A stretch of DNA of 64,000 nucleotides, taken from NCBI GenBank assembly GCA_963803705.1, contig CAWDNU010000001.1, forward strand, positions 429,836 to 493,835, written 5' to 3'. The position numbers were made by a program, and so were the translations under genes. Below the pieces are notes generated by a model that made no database searches, was not told the DNA's origin, and saw nothing but the letters and a program-made list of their open reading frames with translations. Shown one piece after another: positions 49,123 to 57,460 of this stretch. This DNA comes from an uncultured Pseudobdellovibrionaceae bacterium. GTDB lineage: Bacteria > Bdellovibrionota > Bdellovibrionia > Bdellovibrionales > UBA1609. Position 1 is the first letter of the stretch; every line of letters starts with the position of its first letter.

Positions 49123-49602
49123 ATGAAAGTTTTATTTGTTTGTTTAGGAAATATTTGCAGGTCACCTACTGCTGAAGCGGTTCTTAAATTTAAAATTGCA
49201 GAGAAAGACATGGGTGATTTAGTTCAGTGTGATTCTGCTGGGACCTCTGCATTCCACGAAGGGTCTAAAGCAGATATTAGGTCCTCTAATCACGCCAAAC
49301 TAAGGGGATACAACTTAACAAGTGTATCTAGACAGTTACAAACTGATGATTTTTTTGAGTACGATCTAATATTTACAATGGATGATTCTAATTTTGATAA
49401 TGTTCGTGAGCTTGGTGATTCGATCAAAGCCGATCTTTCAAAAGTTAAAAAGTTAACAGATTTTTGCGTTAAGCATGAAATAAACCATGTGCCCGATCCC
49501 TACAAGATGGGTGACGAAGGGTTCGAACAAGTTTTGGATATTATAGAAGATGCTTGTGAACAGATCCTGAAAACAGTGATATTGCCAAACTTTAAAAATT
49601 AA
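49123..49602 (+). CDS. low-molecular-weight protein tyrosine phosphatase
   Basis: VCLGNICRSP P-loop and DPY motif. Confidence 0.88.
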   Translation: MKVLFVCLGNICRSPTAEAVLKFKIAEKDMGDLVQCDSAGTSAFHEGSKADIRSSNHAKLRGYNLTSVSRQLQTDDFFEYDLIFTMDDSNFDNVRELGDSIKADLSKVKKLTDFCVKHEINHVPDPYKMGDEGFEQVLDIIEDACEQILKTVILPNFKN

Positions 49603-49760
49603 TTGTTACATTTTATGTTCAAATAGATATACATCTTAATAGGCTCAAACAAGCATTGGCATTTGACCTGCAAAATAAGGCAGGCCTTCATGCCAAAGAA
49701 CTCGCTATTAAGATGTATATCTATTTGAACATAAAATGTAACAATTAATTTTTAAAGTTT
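49587..49760. repeat. long hairpin element: 56-bp perfect arms around a conserved 62-nt core
   Basis: Arms 49587-49642 and 49705-49760 are exact reverse complements. The left arm includes the last 13 coding nt and the TAA of the LMW-PTP gene. The core 49643-49704 is homologous to 37369-37426. Confidence 0.9.
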
Positions 49761-49767
49761 AGCGATA

Positions 49768-50562
49768 CTATTTTTGACAATTTGGACAGTAGTAAGTCGA
49801 TCTGCCCGCGATTGTTTTATTTAAGATTAATGTTTTGCAATCAAAACAAGGTTTACCAGCTCTAGCGTAAACTCGCCAGAAGATTTGCATTCCGCCAGAT
49901 TTGCCATCAACATTTTTATAATCTTTCAATGTGCTGCCTTTTAAGGTGATTGCTTGATTTAAAACTTTAGTAATTTCAGTAAAAATTTTTATCCAATGAC
50001 TTAGCTTTAGTCTATTGACGACCTTAGATGGTTTGAGGCCAGCTCTAAACAAGATCTCTGAAGCATAAATATTGCCTATTCCAAGAATATTGTTCTGGTT
50101 CATTAAAAAGTTTTTGATATTGGTTTTTGAGTGCTTATGTTTTCGAAAAAAATCAGAAACATCAATTCGATCTTCGATTGGATCGGGACCAAACTTTTCA
50201 AAAATTTTTGATGTATAATCCAAAATATAGCCAAAGCGTCTTGGATCGTTATAAATCAGTTTCTTGTCAGTCCAGGAAAATACTAAATGGTCGTGTTTTA
50301 CAGGCTTGTATTCACTTTCAAAACGCCAGTGTCCGGTCATACCCAAGTGGGATATAAAGCTTAGTCCAGTGGTTTCAAATATTAAAAATTTACCGCGCCT
50401 TTTAACAGATATGAAAGACATACTTTCTATCGCCTTCAAAGTTTTGACGGGCATTAGAAATCGCAGGTCTTTTCTATTAAGTTTAACGTCAATAACTTTG
50501 GACTTGGACAAACCTTTTGTAAGTCCTCGCCTGACTGTCTCTACTTCTGGTAATTCGGGCAT
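49768..50562 (-). CDS. mutM: formamidopyrimidine-DNA glycosylase
   Basis: MPELPEVETVRRGL N-terminus and C-terminal zinc finger CFDC..CPNC. Confidence 0.92.
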   Translation of the reverse strand: MPELPEVETVRRGLTKGLSKSKVIDVKLNRKDLRFLMPVKTLKAIESMSFISVKRRGKFLIFETTGLSFISHLGMTGHWRFESEYKPVKHDHLVFSWTDKKLIYNDPRRFGYILDYTSKIFEKFGPDPIEDRIDVSDFFRKHKHSKTNIKNFLMNQNNILGIGNIYASEILFRAGLKPSKVVNRLKLSHWIKIFTEITKVLNQAITLKGSTLKDYKNVDGKSGGMQIFWRVYARAGKPCFDCKTLILNKTIAGRSTYYCPNCQK

Positions 50563-50650
50563 AAGTTCAATCCAGGTATAAGATCAACTTCTAGCTCTTT
50601 TAAGCAAACTAGTCAGGTAGTTTATTAGCACTGACCATTAGATATATGAT

Positions 50651-50872
50651 TTAATCTTCAAACAGATGATACTGCTGATCTAAAGAATCAAAATATAATT
50701 TAACGTTTTTTCCGTTTCTACTTTGAACTCGGATTATATTACGCCCTCTGGTAGAATCCCATGGGTCAAAGGCTGAATTATCAAAGCCAGAATTAGACCT
50801 TTGATTAGAAGAGTCTTCATAAAAAAGATCAATCTGATCGTAGTTATAGGCTTGAATTTTATTTTTATTCAT
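50651..50872 (-). CDS. hypothetical 73-aa protein co-oriented between lexA and mutM
   Basis: ATG 18 nt after the lexA stop, preceded by AGAGGAG; no family recognised. Confidence 0.5.
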   Translation of the reverse strand: MNKNKIQAYNYDQIDLFYEDSSNQRSNSGFDNSAFDPWDSTRGRNIIRVQSRNGKNVKLYFDSLDQQYHLFED

Positions 50873-50890
50873 AAATCTCCTCTTTGTTTT

Positions 50891-51541
50891 TTAAGATCTC
50901 GAGTAAGTTCGAATTAGACCGACTACTAATCCTTGTAAAGTAATTTGATGAGGCTCATACCACATTGATTCCATCTCTGAATTAGCAGGTCGAAGTTCAA
51001 CTTGACCTTTTTTATAAAAAATACGCTTAACAGTGGCAGACTCGTCGTCTGTCGAAATGACTGCAAGACTGCCATCGGGCGCAAAGGATCTTTTTTCGAT
51101 AATAACAAGATCCCCACTGTTGATGCCTTCGTCGATCATAGATTCACCTTCCACTCTAAGCACAAAGCTTTCTTTTGGCTTGTGAACTAAGTTCATTGGA
51201 ACTTCGACCCATTGATCAAAGTTTTTTTCTTCCAAAGGGAGGCCGGCCGCCACCTTCCCAAGCAAAGGAAGAGTGACGGCTACGGAGGGTTTCTCCATCA
51301 GATCTGCGAGATAATCTGATGAAGTCTTCAAAAGTTTTAGTGATCTTTTTTCGTTAGCTTGGCCTTTTTTTACGTAGCCTTTTAGTTCCAACTGCTGAAT
51401 GTAGCGCTGGACAGAATTGATACTTGCAAATCCAAAATTATTTTGGATCTCTGTAAAAGTTGGCGAAATACCATGATTTTTAACATAGGACTCAATATAT
51501 TCTAGAGTCGCTTTTTCTTTCGAGGTGAGTGATCTGGCCAT
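50891..51541 (-). CDS. lexA: LexA repressor
   Basis: N-terminal winged HTH (SPTFTEIQNNFGFASINSVQRYI), cleavage site VAAGLP, S24 peptidase Ser (GESM) and Lys (VKR) blocks. Confidence 0.93.
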   Translation of the reverse strand: MARSLTSKEKATLEYIESYVKNHGISPTFTEIQNNFGFASINSVQRYIQQLELKGYVKKGQANEKRSLKLLKTSSDYLADLMEKPSVAVTLPLLGKVAAGLPLEEKNFDQWVEVPMNLVHKPKESFVLRVEGESMIDEGINSGDLVIIEKRSFAPDGSLAVISTDDESATVKRIFYKKGQVELRPANSEMESMWYEPHQITLQGLVVGLIRTYSRS

Positions 51542-51569
51542 CCTTAAAGTCCTTTTTTCTTAAATTCAT

Positions 51570-51612
51570 TATGTGTAAGTTTGATTGGTATATATGTAAG
51601 TTATATGTAAGT
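51570..51612 (-). promoter_or_regulatory. three direct repeats ACTTACAYATA in the lexA leader (candidate operator/promoter)
   Basis: Plus-strand TATRTGTAAGT at 51570-51580, 51591-51601 and 51602-51612. Spacing is 21 and 11 nt. Located 29-71 nt upstream of the lexA ATG. Confidence 0.4.
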
Positions 51613-51846
51613 TTAGAAATTGGGAAGAACTTTCTGACATGGGTAACACTTTGGGCCAGGGACATAGGTAATTGCTATAATTCAGGGTTTTTGAGGAACC
51701 GGTGCCTTGGAAGGGTGTTTAAGCAAAGTGCCAGCTCGATTGTTTTACTTAGTGTAATACATAAGTAGCGATCCGCTGATTTCAGGATCTGAATTGATAT
51801 CAACTCTTTGAAAGGATCCTGTAAGTTGTAAGCTTGTTGAAAGAGT

Positions 51847-52155
51847 TTATGCACCAGTATTTGTTTCGCAGGCGTTTCTAGCTGGCCCAGCATTTACCTT
51901 ATCAATGCAATCATAAATACTAACAAAGCTTTGTTTGAAATCTGAAGCCAAAAAACTACCGATACTTTCAAAGATTTGCTCTCCTATACCCAGAGAAGAC
52001 ATATCCACTGTTGTTTGAAGGTGGAGAGGTCCCACGGTCATTACAGCTTTCTTACACTCACTGACTCTACGTGGGGGCAATGGCTGCATAACATTGAGAA
52101 TATAAGGAGTAAGTTGGCTCACGTTTGCAAAATTTGTCACATCAAGATTAAGCAT
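51847..52155 (-). CDS. hypothetical protein (102 aa), doubtful
   Basis: Longest ORF in the 736-bp gap between lexA and ung; no obvious RBS; no homology recognised. Confidence 0.25.
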   Translation of the reverse strand: MLNLDVTNFANVSQLTPYILNVMQPLPPRRVSECKKAVMTVGPLHLQTTVDMSSLGIGEQIFESIGSFLASDFKQSFVSIYDCIDKVNAGPARNACETNTGA

Positions 52156-52277
52156 TGAAGCGAAAGTAATAATTACTTTAGGGCAGCCCTAATTTTTGCA
52201 CCATGGAAGGAACAACAATTGATCTTCTCTAGAATTTAATGAAGACAAAAAACTAGATAAGTATTAGGGTCTTTTCC

Positions 52278-53030
52278 ATGAGTCAGGACTTAACTGCGCA
52301 AGATCAAATAGACTTATTTAAATCTCAAAATAAAGCTATAAACTTTATTAAAACTTTATTTGGAGCATCTGAACTATGGTTTAAAAAACTCAGAACTGAG
52401 TTCGACAAACCTTACTTCCTAAAATTACAAGATTTTTTGAAAACCGAACGAACCAAAGGTACAAAAATTTATCCAGATTCAAAGAATTATTTTGAAGCTT
52501 TTAGGCTTTGTTCTTTCGACTCGACTAAAGTTATCATCTTGGGTCAAGACCCTTATCATGGACCAGGTCAAGCCCATGGACTTAGTTTTTCAGTTCCAAA
52601 AGGACTAAAAATTCCCCCTTCTTTAGTAAACATTTTTAAAGAGCTTTCCTCTGATTTGAACGTCACTATCCCAAAGTCTGGGAACTTATCTAGTTGGGCA
52701 TCAAGCGGCGTTTTGCTTTTAAACACAGTTTTGACTGTAGAGGCACATAAGCCGGCTTCACATAAAAATCTAGGTTGGCAGTTATTTACTGACAAAGCTA
52801 TAAGACTTTTAGTCGAAGATAACCGTCCTAAGGTTTTTATTCTTTGGGGATCTCATGCACAAAACAAGAAAAAAACTATAGATTTCAAAAACCATTTAAT
52901 ACTTGAAGCTCCGCACCCATCGCCGTTATCAAGCTACAGAGGTTTTTTTGGCAGTCGGCCATTTTCAAAAGCCAATGAGTATCTTGTTCAGTCCAATAAA
53001 AAACCTATTGATTGGGACTTGGCTGACTGA
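52278..53030 (+). CDS. ung: uracil-DNA glycosylase
   Basis: GQDPYHGPGQAHGLSF and HPSPLS motifs. Confidence 0.93.
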   Translation: MSQDLTAQDQIDLFKSQNKAINFIKTLFGASELWFKKLRTEFDKPYFLKLQDFLKTERTKGTKIYPDSKNYFEAFRLCSFDSTKVIILGQDPYHGPGQAHGLSFSVPKGLKIPPSLVNIFKELSSDLNVTIPKSGNLSSWASSGVLLLNTVLTVEAHKPASHKNLGWQLFTDKAIRLLVEDNRPKVFILWGSHAQNKKKTIDFKNHLILEAPHPSPLSSYRGFFGSRPFSKANEYLVQSNKKPIDWDLAD

Positions 53031-53083
53031 AATTAAAAAGGACTACTCGCAAGCGCTGAATCAATCTATAGTAGCATCTAAGC

Positions 53084-54112
53084 ATGATAAAGAAATTCTT
53101 AGGTCCATTCAAAGAAAAAATTCTTATTGTTGATCACCTTAAGCCTAGCCTTTTTGAATCAAAACACAGTTTGCTTTTTATTGATGAAAATTTAAAGAAT
53201 TTTGACGAGATCAAAAGATTGAAAGCAAAACATCAGATCTTCTGGTTAAAAGCCGGGGAAGATCTAAAGTCAATCGACGCTTTGAAATCTGTATTATCCT
53301 CTATTGAACCTTCATTGAATAAGCTTCAACCTCCTTACTGCTTTGTTGCCATTGGCGGAGGAAGTCTTGGCGATTTTTGCGGATTTTTAGCAAGCGTCTA
53401 CCACAGAGGTGTGGATTTTGTTCAGTGTCCAAGCACGTGGCTTGCCGCTATAGATTCGTCTCATGGCGGGAAGACGGCTTTAAATGTCTTGAATTTCAAA
53501 AATCAGATCGGAACATTTTATCCAGCAAAACAGATTATCGTTTCGAAATCCTTATTGGCTAACCAAAGCCCTTCTGAAGCTATGGGCGAAATCACGAAAA
53601 CTATTTTATTATCTAGCCAAAACTCAAAGTTAAGAAATTTTGTAAAAAAAGCTTGGCAGACTGATACTGATAATGTCTGGGCGTCTATTACGGATTTTAT
53701 TAAAGTTAAAAATTCTTACGTTAAAAAAGACCCCACAGAAACAAAAAAAGAACGCTTTAAATTGAACTTGGGTCACACTGTGGGCCATGCTTTAGAAAAG
53801 GTATATGGCTTATCTCACTCAGAAGCCGTTCTTAGAGGAGTGATTTTTGCTGTCACCTGGAGCGTTAAAAAAAAATACTCACACAGCAGAATTTTGCAGG
53901 TGCTTATACATTTTATAGAGGCCAACCATTTTTTTCTTAAATCTTTGCCCCAAAAACCCATGGCTATTTTTGAACAAGCATTGTTGAAGGATAAAAAAAG
54001 AGCAGGCCAAGATATTAATTTTGTCTTTTTAAAGAACTTTAAAGCCGTGGTAAAAAAAGTTAAAGTGAATGATATAATCAAAGAGATGAAAAATCAGGAC
54101 CTAATTAAATAA
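53084..54112 (+). CDS. aroB: 3-dehydroquinate synthase
   Basis: GGGSLGDFCGFLAS nucleotide-binding block and metal ligands in GHTVGHALE. Confidence 0.85.
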   Translation: MIKKFLGPFKEKILIVDHLKPSLFESKHSLLFIDENLKNFDEIKRLKAKHQIFWLKAGEDLKSIDALKSVLSSIEPSLNKLQPPYCFVAIGGGSLGDFCGFLASVYHRGVDFVQCPSTWLAAIDSSHGGKTALNVLNFKNQIGTFYPAKQIIVSKSLLANQSPSEAMGEITKTILLSSQNSKLRNFVKKAWQTDTDNVWASITDFIKVKNSYVKKDPTETKKERFKLNLGHTVGHALEKVYGLSHSEAVLRGVIFAVTWSVKKKYSHSRILQVLIHFIEANHFFLKSLPQKPMAIFEQALLKDKKRAGQDINFVFLKNFKAVVKKVKVNDIIKEMKNQDLIK

Positions 54113-55521
54113 TGAACTCAACTGGTGCGTTTCGATACTCGGGTCCTCTAGAAAGCTCGAAGTCTATTGTTAACCGAGCATTAATACTGCAGGCCATACA
54201 TCCATCGCTTGAAATAAAATATTCAAGCCACGCACAAGATGTACTTGACCTGAAAAAAGCGGTTGAAAATTTTAAAAATTTTCAAAATAAGAAACCTGAC
54301 ACTGACATTACTATTTGTTTTGACGCTGGAAGCGGCGGGACTACTTTTAGGTTTTTCGTGATTTACTTGTCAAAATATCTAGGTCGATGGTCTGTCAAAT
54401 TATCAGAGTCTTTAAAAAAAAGACCCATGGAAGACTTAATACAGCTTTTAGAGCAGCTAGGCTCAACTGTGTCGCCATGTTTTCTTATGAACAAAAATAC
54501 AGATGTTAAAATAAATCAGAATATTGAAATAAAGGATATATCAAAAACAGGTCCATCATTTTTTCAATTTCAATCAAATTTTTGGAACACTCAAGAGGTA
54601 TCGGTAGATTTTTCAAAGTCGTCACAATTTTTTTCAGCTTTAGCATTGGCGGCCTCAGACTCAACCTCTACCTTTCTAATTAAGTGTCTAAATAGAGATC
54701 AAAGTTCGGGTTACGAAAACATAACTCTAGAGCTATTAAAAAAAGTTGGGGTTGATGTAAAAGATAACATAGACACAGTAGAGATCCGAAAAAATTCTGA
54801 CCAACCCGCAGTAGAATTAGATTCAAAACATAGACAGATTTATGAACCAGCCCATAAGTCAATTATTGAATCAATTCGTGAACCCAAACGTAAACCCGCT
54901 CATATTAAAACGATAGACGTTGGTGCAGATTGGTCTTCCATTATATATCTGCTTAGTTTTTGTTTTTCAGGATCTACGATTGAAATTACAAATGTCGACC
55001 TTGATTCCAAAGAGCCTGATCTAAAGGGTCTTAAATTTTTAAAGGACCTGGGTCTAAATTATAAGATAAAAAAATCTAGTTTGTTTTCAGTTTTAAGCTG
55101 TGAACCAAGCTGTTTAAAGCCGGATATTCTAAGCTTTAATTTAAAAAAGAATCCTGATCTATTTCCAGTGATAGTTGTTTTATTAAGCCAGTTGTCGTTG
55201 CAATATTCTAAAGAAGTCTTCATAGAGTACCCAGAGCAGCTGATATTTAAAGAATCTGATCGCCTAAACACCATGGTTTCAGCCTTGAAAAAACTAGGTT
55301 TCACCATTAAAGCTAAAGATTCTAAACTATCCCTTATAGCTGGCACATCTGATCAAGAAATAACAAAAGCAACAGATTATATTCTTGATTCCAAACTGGA
55401 TCATAGAATTATTATGGCCTACGAGCTGTTAAAATCTTTCGGTTACAAGATAAAGTACGAAAACAAAAAGGAAGTTCAAAAGAGTTTTTCAAACTTTTTT
55501 GCAATTATTAATGGATCCTAA
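54112..55521 (+). CDS. aroA: 3-phosphoshikimate 1-carboxyvinyltransferase (EPSP synthase)
   Basis: SSKSIVNRALIL, GSGGTTFRF, RPMEDLIQLLEQLG, DHRIIMAY blocks. The ATG overlaps the aroB stop (TAATG). Confidence 0.85.
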   Translation: MNSTGAFRYSGPLESSKSIVNRALILQAIHPSLEIKYSSHAQDVLDLKKAVENFKNFQNKKPDTDITICFDAGSGGTTFRFFVIYLSKYLGRWSVKLSESLKKRPMEDLIQLLEQLGSTVSPCFLMNKNTDVKINQNIEIKDISKTGPSFFQFQSNFWNTQEVSVDFSKSSQFFSALALAASDSTSTFLIKCLNRDQSSGYENITLELLKKVGVDVKDNIDTVEIRKNSDQPAVELDSKHRQIYEPAHKSIIESIREPKRKPAHIKTIDVGADWSSIIYLLSFCFSGSTIEITNVDLDSKEPDLKGLKFLKDLGLNYKIKKSSLFSVLSCEPSCLKPDILSFNLKKNPDLFPVIVVLLSQLSLQYSKEVFIEYPEQLIFKESDRLNTMVSALKKLGFTIKAKDSKLSLIAGTSDQEITKATDYILDSKLDHRIIMAYELLKSFGYKIKYENKKEVQKSFSNFFAIINGS

Positions 55522-57460
55522 TACTAACAAGTTTCTTATTATAGGGCACAGGGGGGTTGGCAAAAGTTCAATCATTAAGGACCTGAAAGCAAGCCAGAAG
55601 AGCTACCTATGTTACGACTTAGACGAGCAAGTAGAGCTGCGTAGGAAAGTTAAAATTCAAGAACTTTTTCGAGATGGAAAAATTAAAGAATTTCGAAAAT
55701 TAGAACACGAAATTTTAAATGAGATAATCTCACAGTTCGAGCAAGATACTTCATCTAAAGAAAAAAATAGAATTAAATTTAAAAAATTATTTGTTGCACT
55801 AGGCGCTGGATTTGAAATAGAGAAACTAAATAAACCAGATGATTCGTCTATCTTATGGGTGCGACGCAAAACCGATGAAGCAGGCCGAATATTCTTTGAT
55901 AGACCAAGCTTGACTGGAAACTTAAATCCGCTGAAAGAGTGGGCCGAAATTTTCTATAAAAGACAAAAAAAATATTCTGACTTTTCCACAGCACAATTTT
56001 ACATACCCGAAAACTTAGAATCAGTATTAGAATTCTTTTTAAAGTTTTTAGAACCAAGAAAAATAAAAACTGGCTACGTGACATATATACCCAATGAAAA
56101 TGACTTTATCATTCACAGCGGCAGGCACAATATAGAGCTTCGAACTGATCTGGTGCCTTTTGACAAAATACTAAATATTTTAGGTTCAAAATTAAATAAT
56201 AATTTTAATATAACTTATATTTTAGCCATTAGGGGTCGCGATCAGGTTGCCAAACTGTTAAAAGCTTTGAAAACTAAGCTCAATAATCGAAGTACCAAAT
56301 TGCTAGTTGATTGGGATATGTCGCTGGACTACCCACCTTCAGCTATAGGTAAAATTATAGATATTTATTCGTCTCATAGCCAAACCCCGGTAGCAGATGT
56401 GCTTAATTTTCAGCATCATTTAACTGAAAAATTTAAGTCAAAAAACAAAAAAAAAGTCCACTATAAACTTTGCCCAAAGGTTGCTAGCCACGAAGCCGCT
56501 GTAGAATTGGACTTAGAATTAGAAGACCTTCTGGTCGACTTCAGCTACTCATTTTTGCCTAGGTCTGAAGTTGGATTTAATCTGTCATACTTTAGACAGC
56601 TTAAGTCTTACCGACAAAAAATTGGATTTTACCGATTTGGTGATGGATCTTCATCCGACCAACCCCTGTGGTTTGAATGGCCAGATCGCAAACCCAAAGG
56701 CTTTTATGGCATATACGGCAATAATATTAGTCACAGCTTAACACCGGCTTATCACTTTAAATTTTTTAAGTCTAAAAGTTTGTGGCCAATTTCGATAGAC
56801 GGATTTGATCGTTTTTTTGACTATGTGCCTTACTTTAAAAACCTGGACTTAAAGACTTTAGCCGTCACTTCGCCTTACAAGAAAACAGCTTATCTAAACA
56901 CAGTCTTTAAAGACAAAGCAAAATTAAAAAAAGAAGTAGATTTTAATCTTAGTTCAGGATCGAGAGGTACTTTAGGACTGAAAAATCCAAGCCATTTGAA
57001 AGATTTTAAATCTGCCAATACTGTTGTTTTAAACATCGAGACCGAGTCTTTTAACACCGACTATATGGGGCTTTGCTTATTTTTGAAAAGGTCTTTGACA
57101 AAAAACCTACCAATTCTAGTTTGGGGTGGGGGATCGCTCTTGGAACAATTAAAAGATCTGCATCCACAAGCATTTTTTTATTCTGCTCGCACAGGCAAAC
57201 CAAGAGATTCTAGCAGCGAAATCAAAACAACAGCTGGAACAGACATTCAAATAATTTGGGCAAGTGGTGAAAGGGGTCTAGACCCGTGCGTACTGCAAAA
57301 TAAAATTAATATCAAAAAAATTATAGATCTAGATTATCGAAAAAATTCCAAGGCTAGGCTTTACAGCTTTTTAAATTCCATTGACTATACAAGTGGTTAC
57401 AATTTTTTTACCGAACAAGCGCTACTACAGCAAAAGGTATGGGACACTTATGAGTTTTAA
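55511..57460 (+). CDS. trifunctional shikimate kinase / type I 3-dehydroquinate dehydratase-like / shikimate dehydrogenase fusion
   Basis: N-terminal GHRGVGKSS Walker A plus FRKLEHEIL. Middle IELRTD, YSSHSQTP and HYKLCPKVAS (type I DHQase-like His and Lys blocks). C-terminal GIYGNNISHSLTPAYH, AVTSPYKK, SANTVV and VWGGGS (AroE). Confidence 0.78.
   Translation: MDPNTNKFLIIGHRGVGKSSIIKDLKASQKSYLCYDLDEQVELRRKVKIQELFRDGKIKEFRKLEHEILNEIISQFEQDTSSKEKNRIKFKKLFVALGAGFEIEKLNKPDDSSILWVRRKTDEAGRIFFDRPSLTGNLNPLKEWAEIFYKRQKKYSDFSTAQFYIPENLESVLEFFLKFLEPRKIKTGYVTYIPNENDFIIHSGRHNIELRTDLVPFDKILNILGSKLNNNFNITYILAIRGRDQVAKLLKALKTKLNNRSTKLLVDWDMSLDYPPSAIGKIIDIYSSHSQTPVADVLNFQHHLTEKFKSKNKKKVHYKLCPKVASHEAAVELDLELEDLLVDFSYSFLPRSEVGFNLSYFRQLKSYRQKIGFYRFGDGSSSDQPLWFEWPDRKPKGFYGIYGNNISHSLTPAYHFKFFKSKSLWPISIDGFDRFFDYVPYFKNLDLKTLAVTSPYKKTAYLNTVFKDKAKLKKEVDFNLSSGSRGTLGLKNPSHLKDFKSANTVVLNIETESFNTDYMGLCLFLKRSLTKNLPILVWGGGSLLEQLKDLHPQAFFYSARTGKPRDSSSEIKTTAGTDIQIIWASGERGLDPCVLQNKINIKKIIDLDYRKNSKARLYSFLNSIDYTSGYNFFTEQALLQQKVWDTYEF

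Noticed and set aside
51542-51660. Canonical LexA boxes (E. coli CTGT-N8-ACAG type, or the exact TTAC-N3-GTAA palindrome)
   Set aside because: Neither is present upstream of lexA. Only direct repeats with TTAC half-sites are there, and these are reported separately as a candidate.
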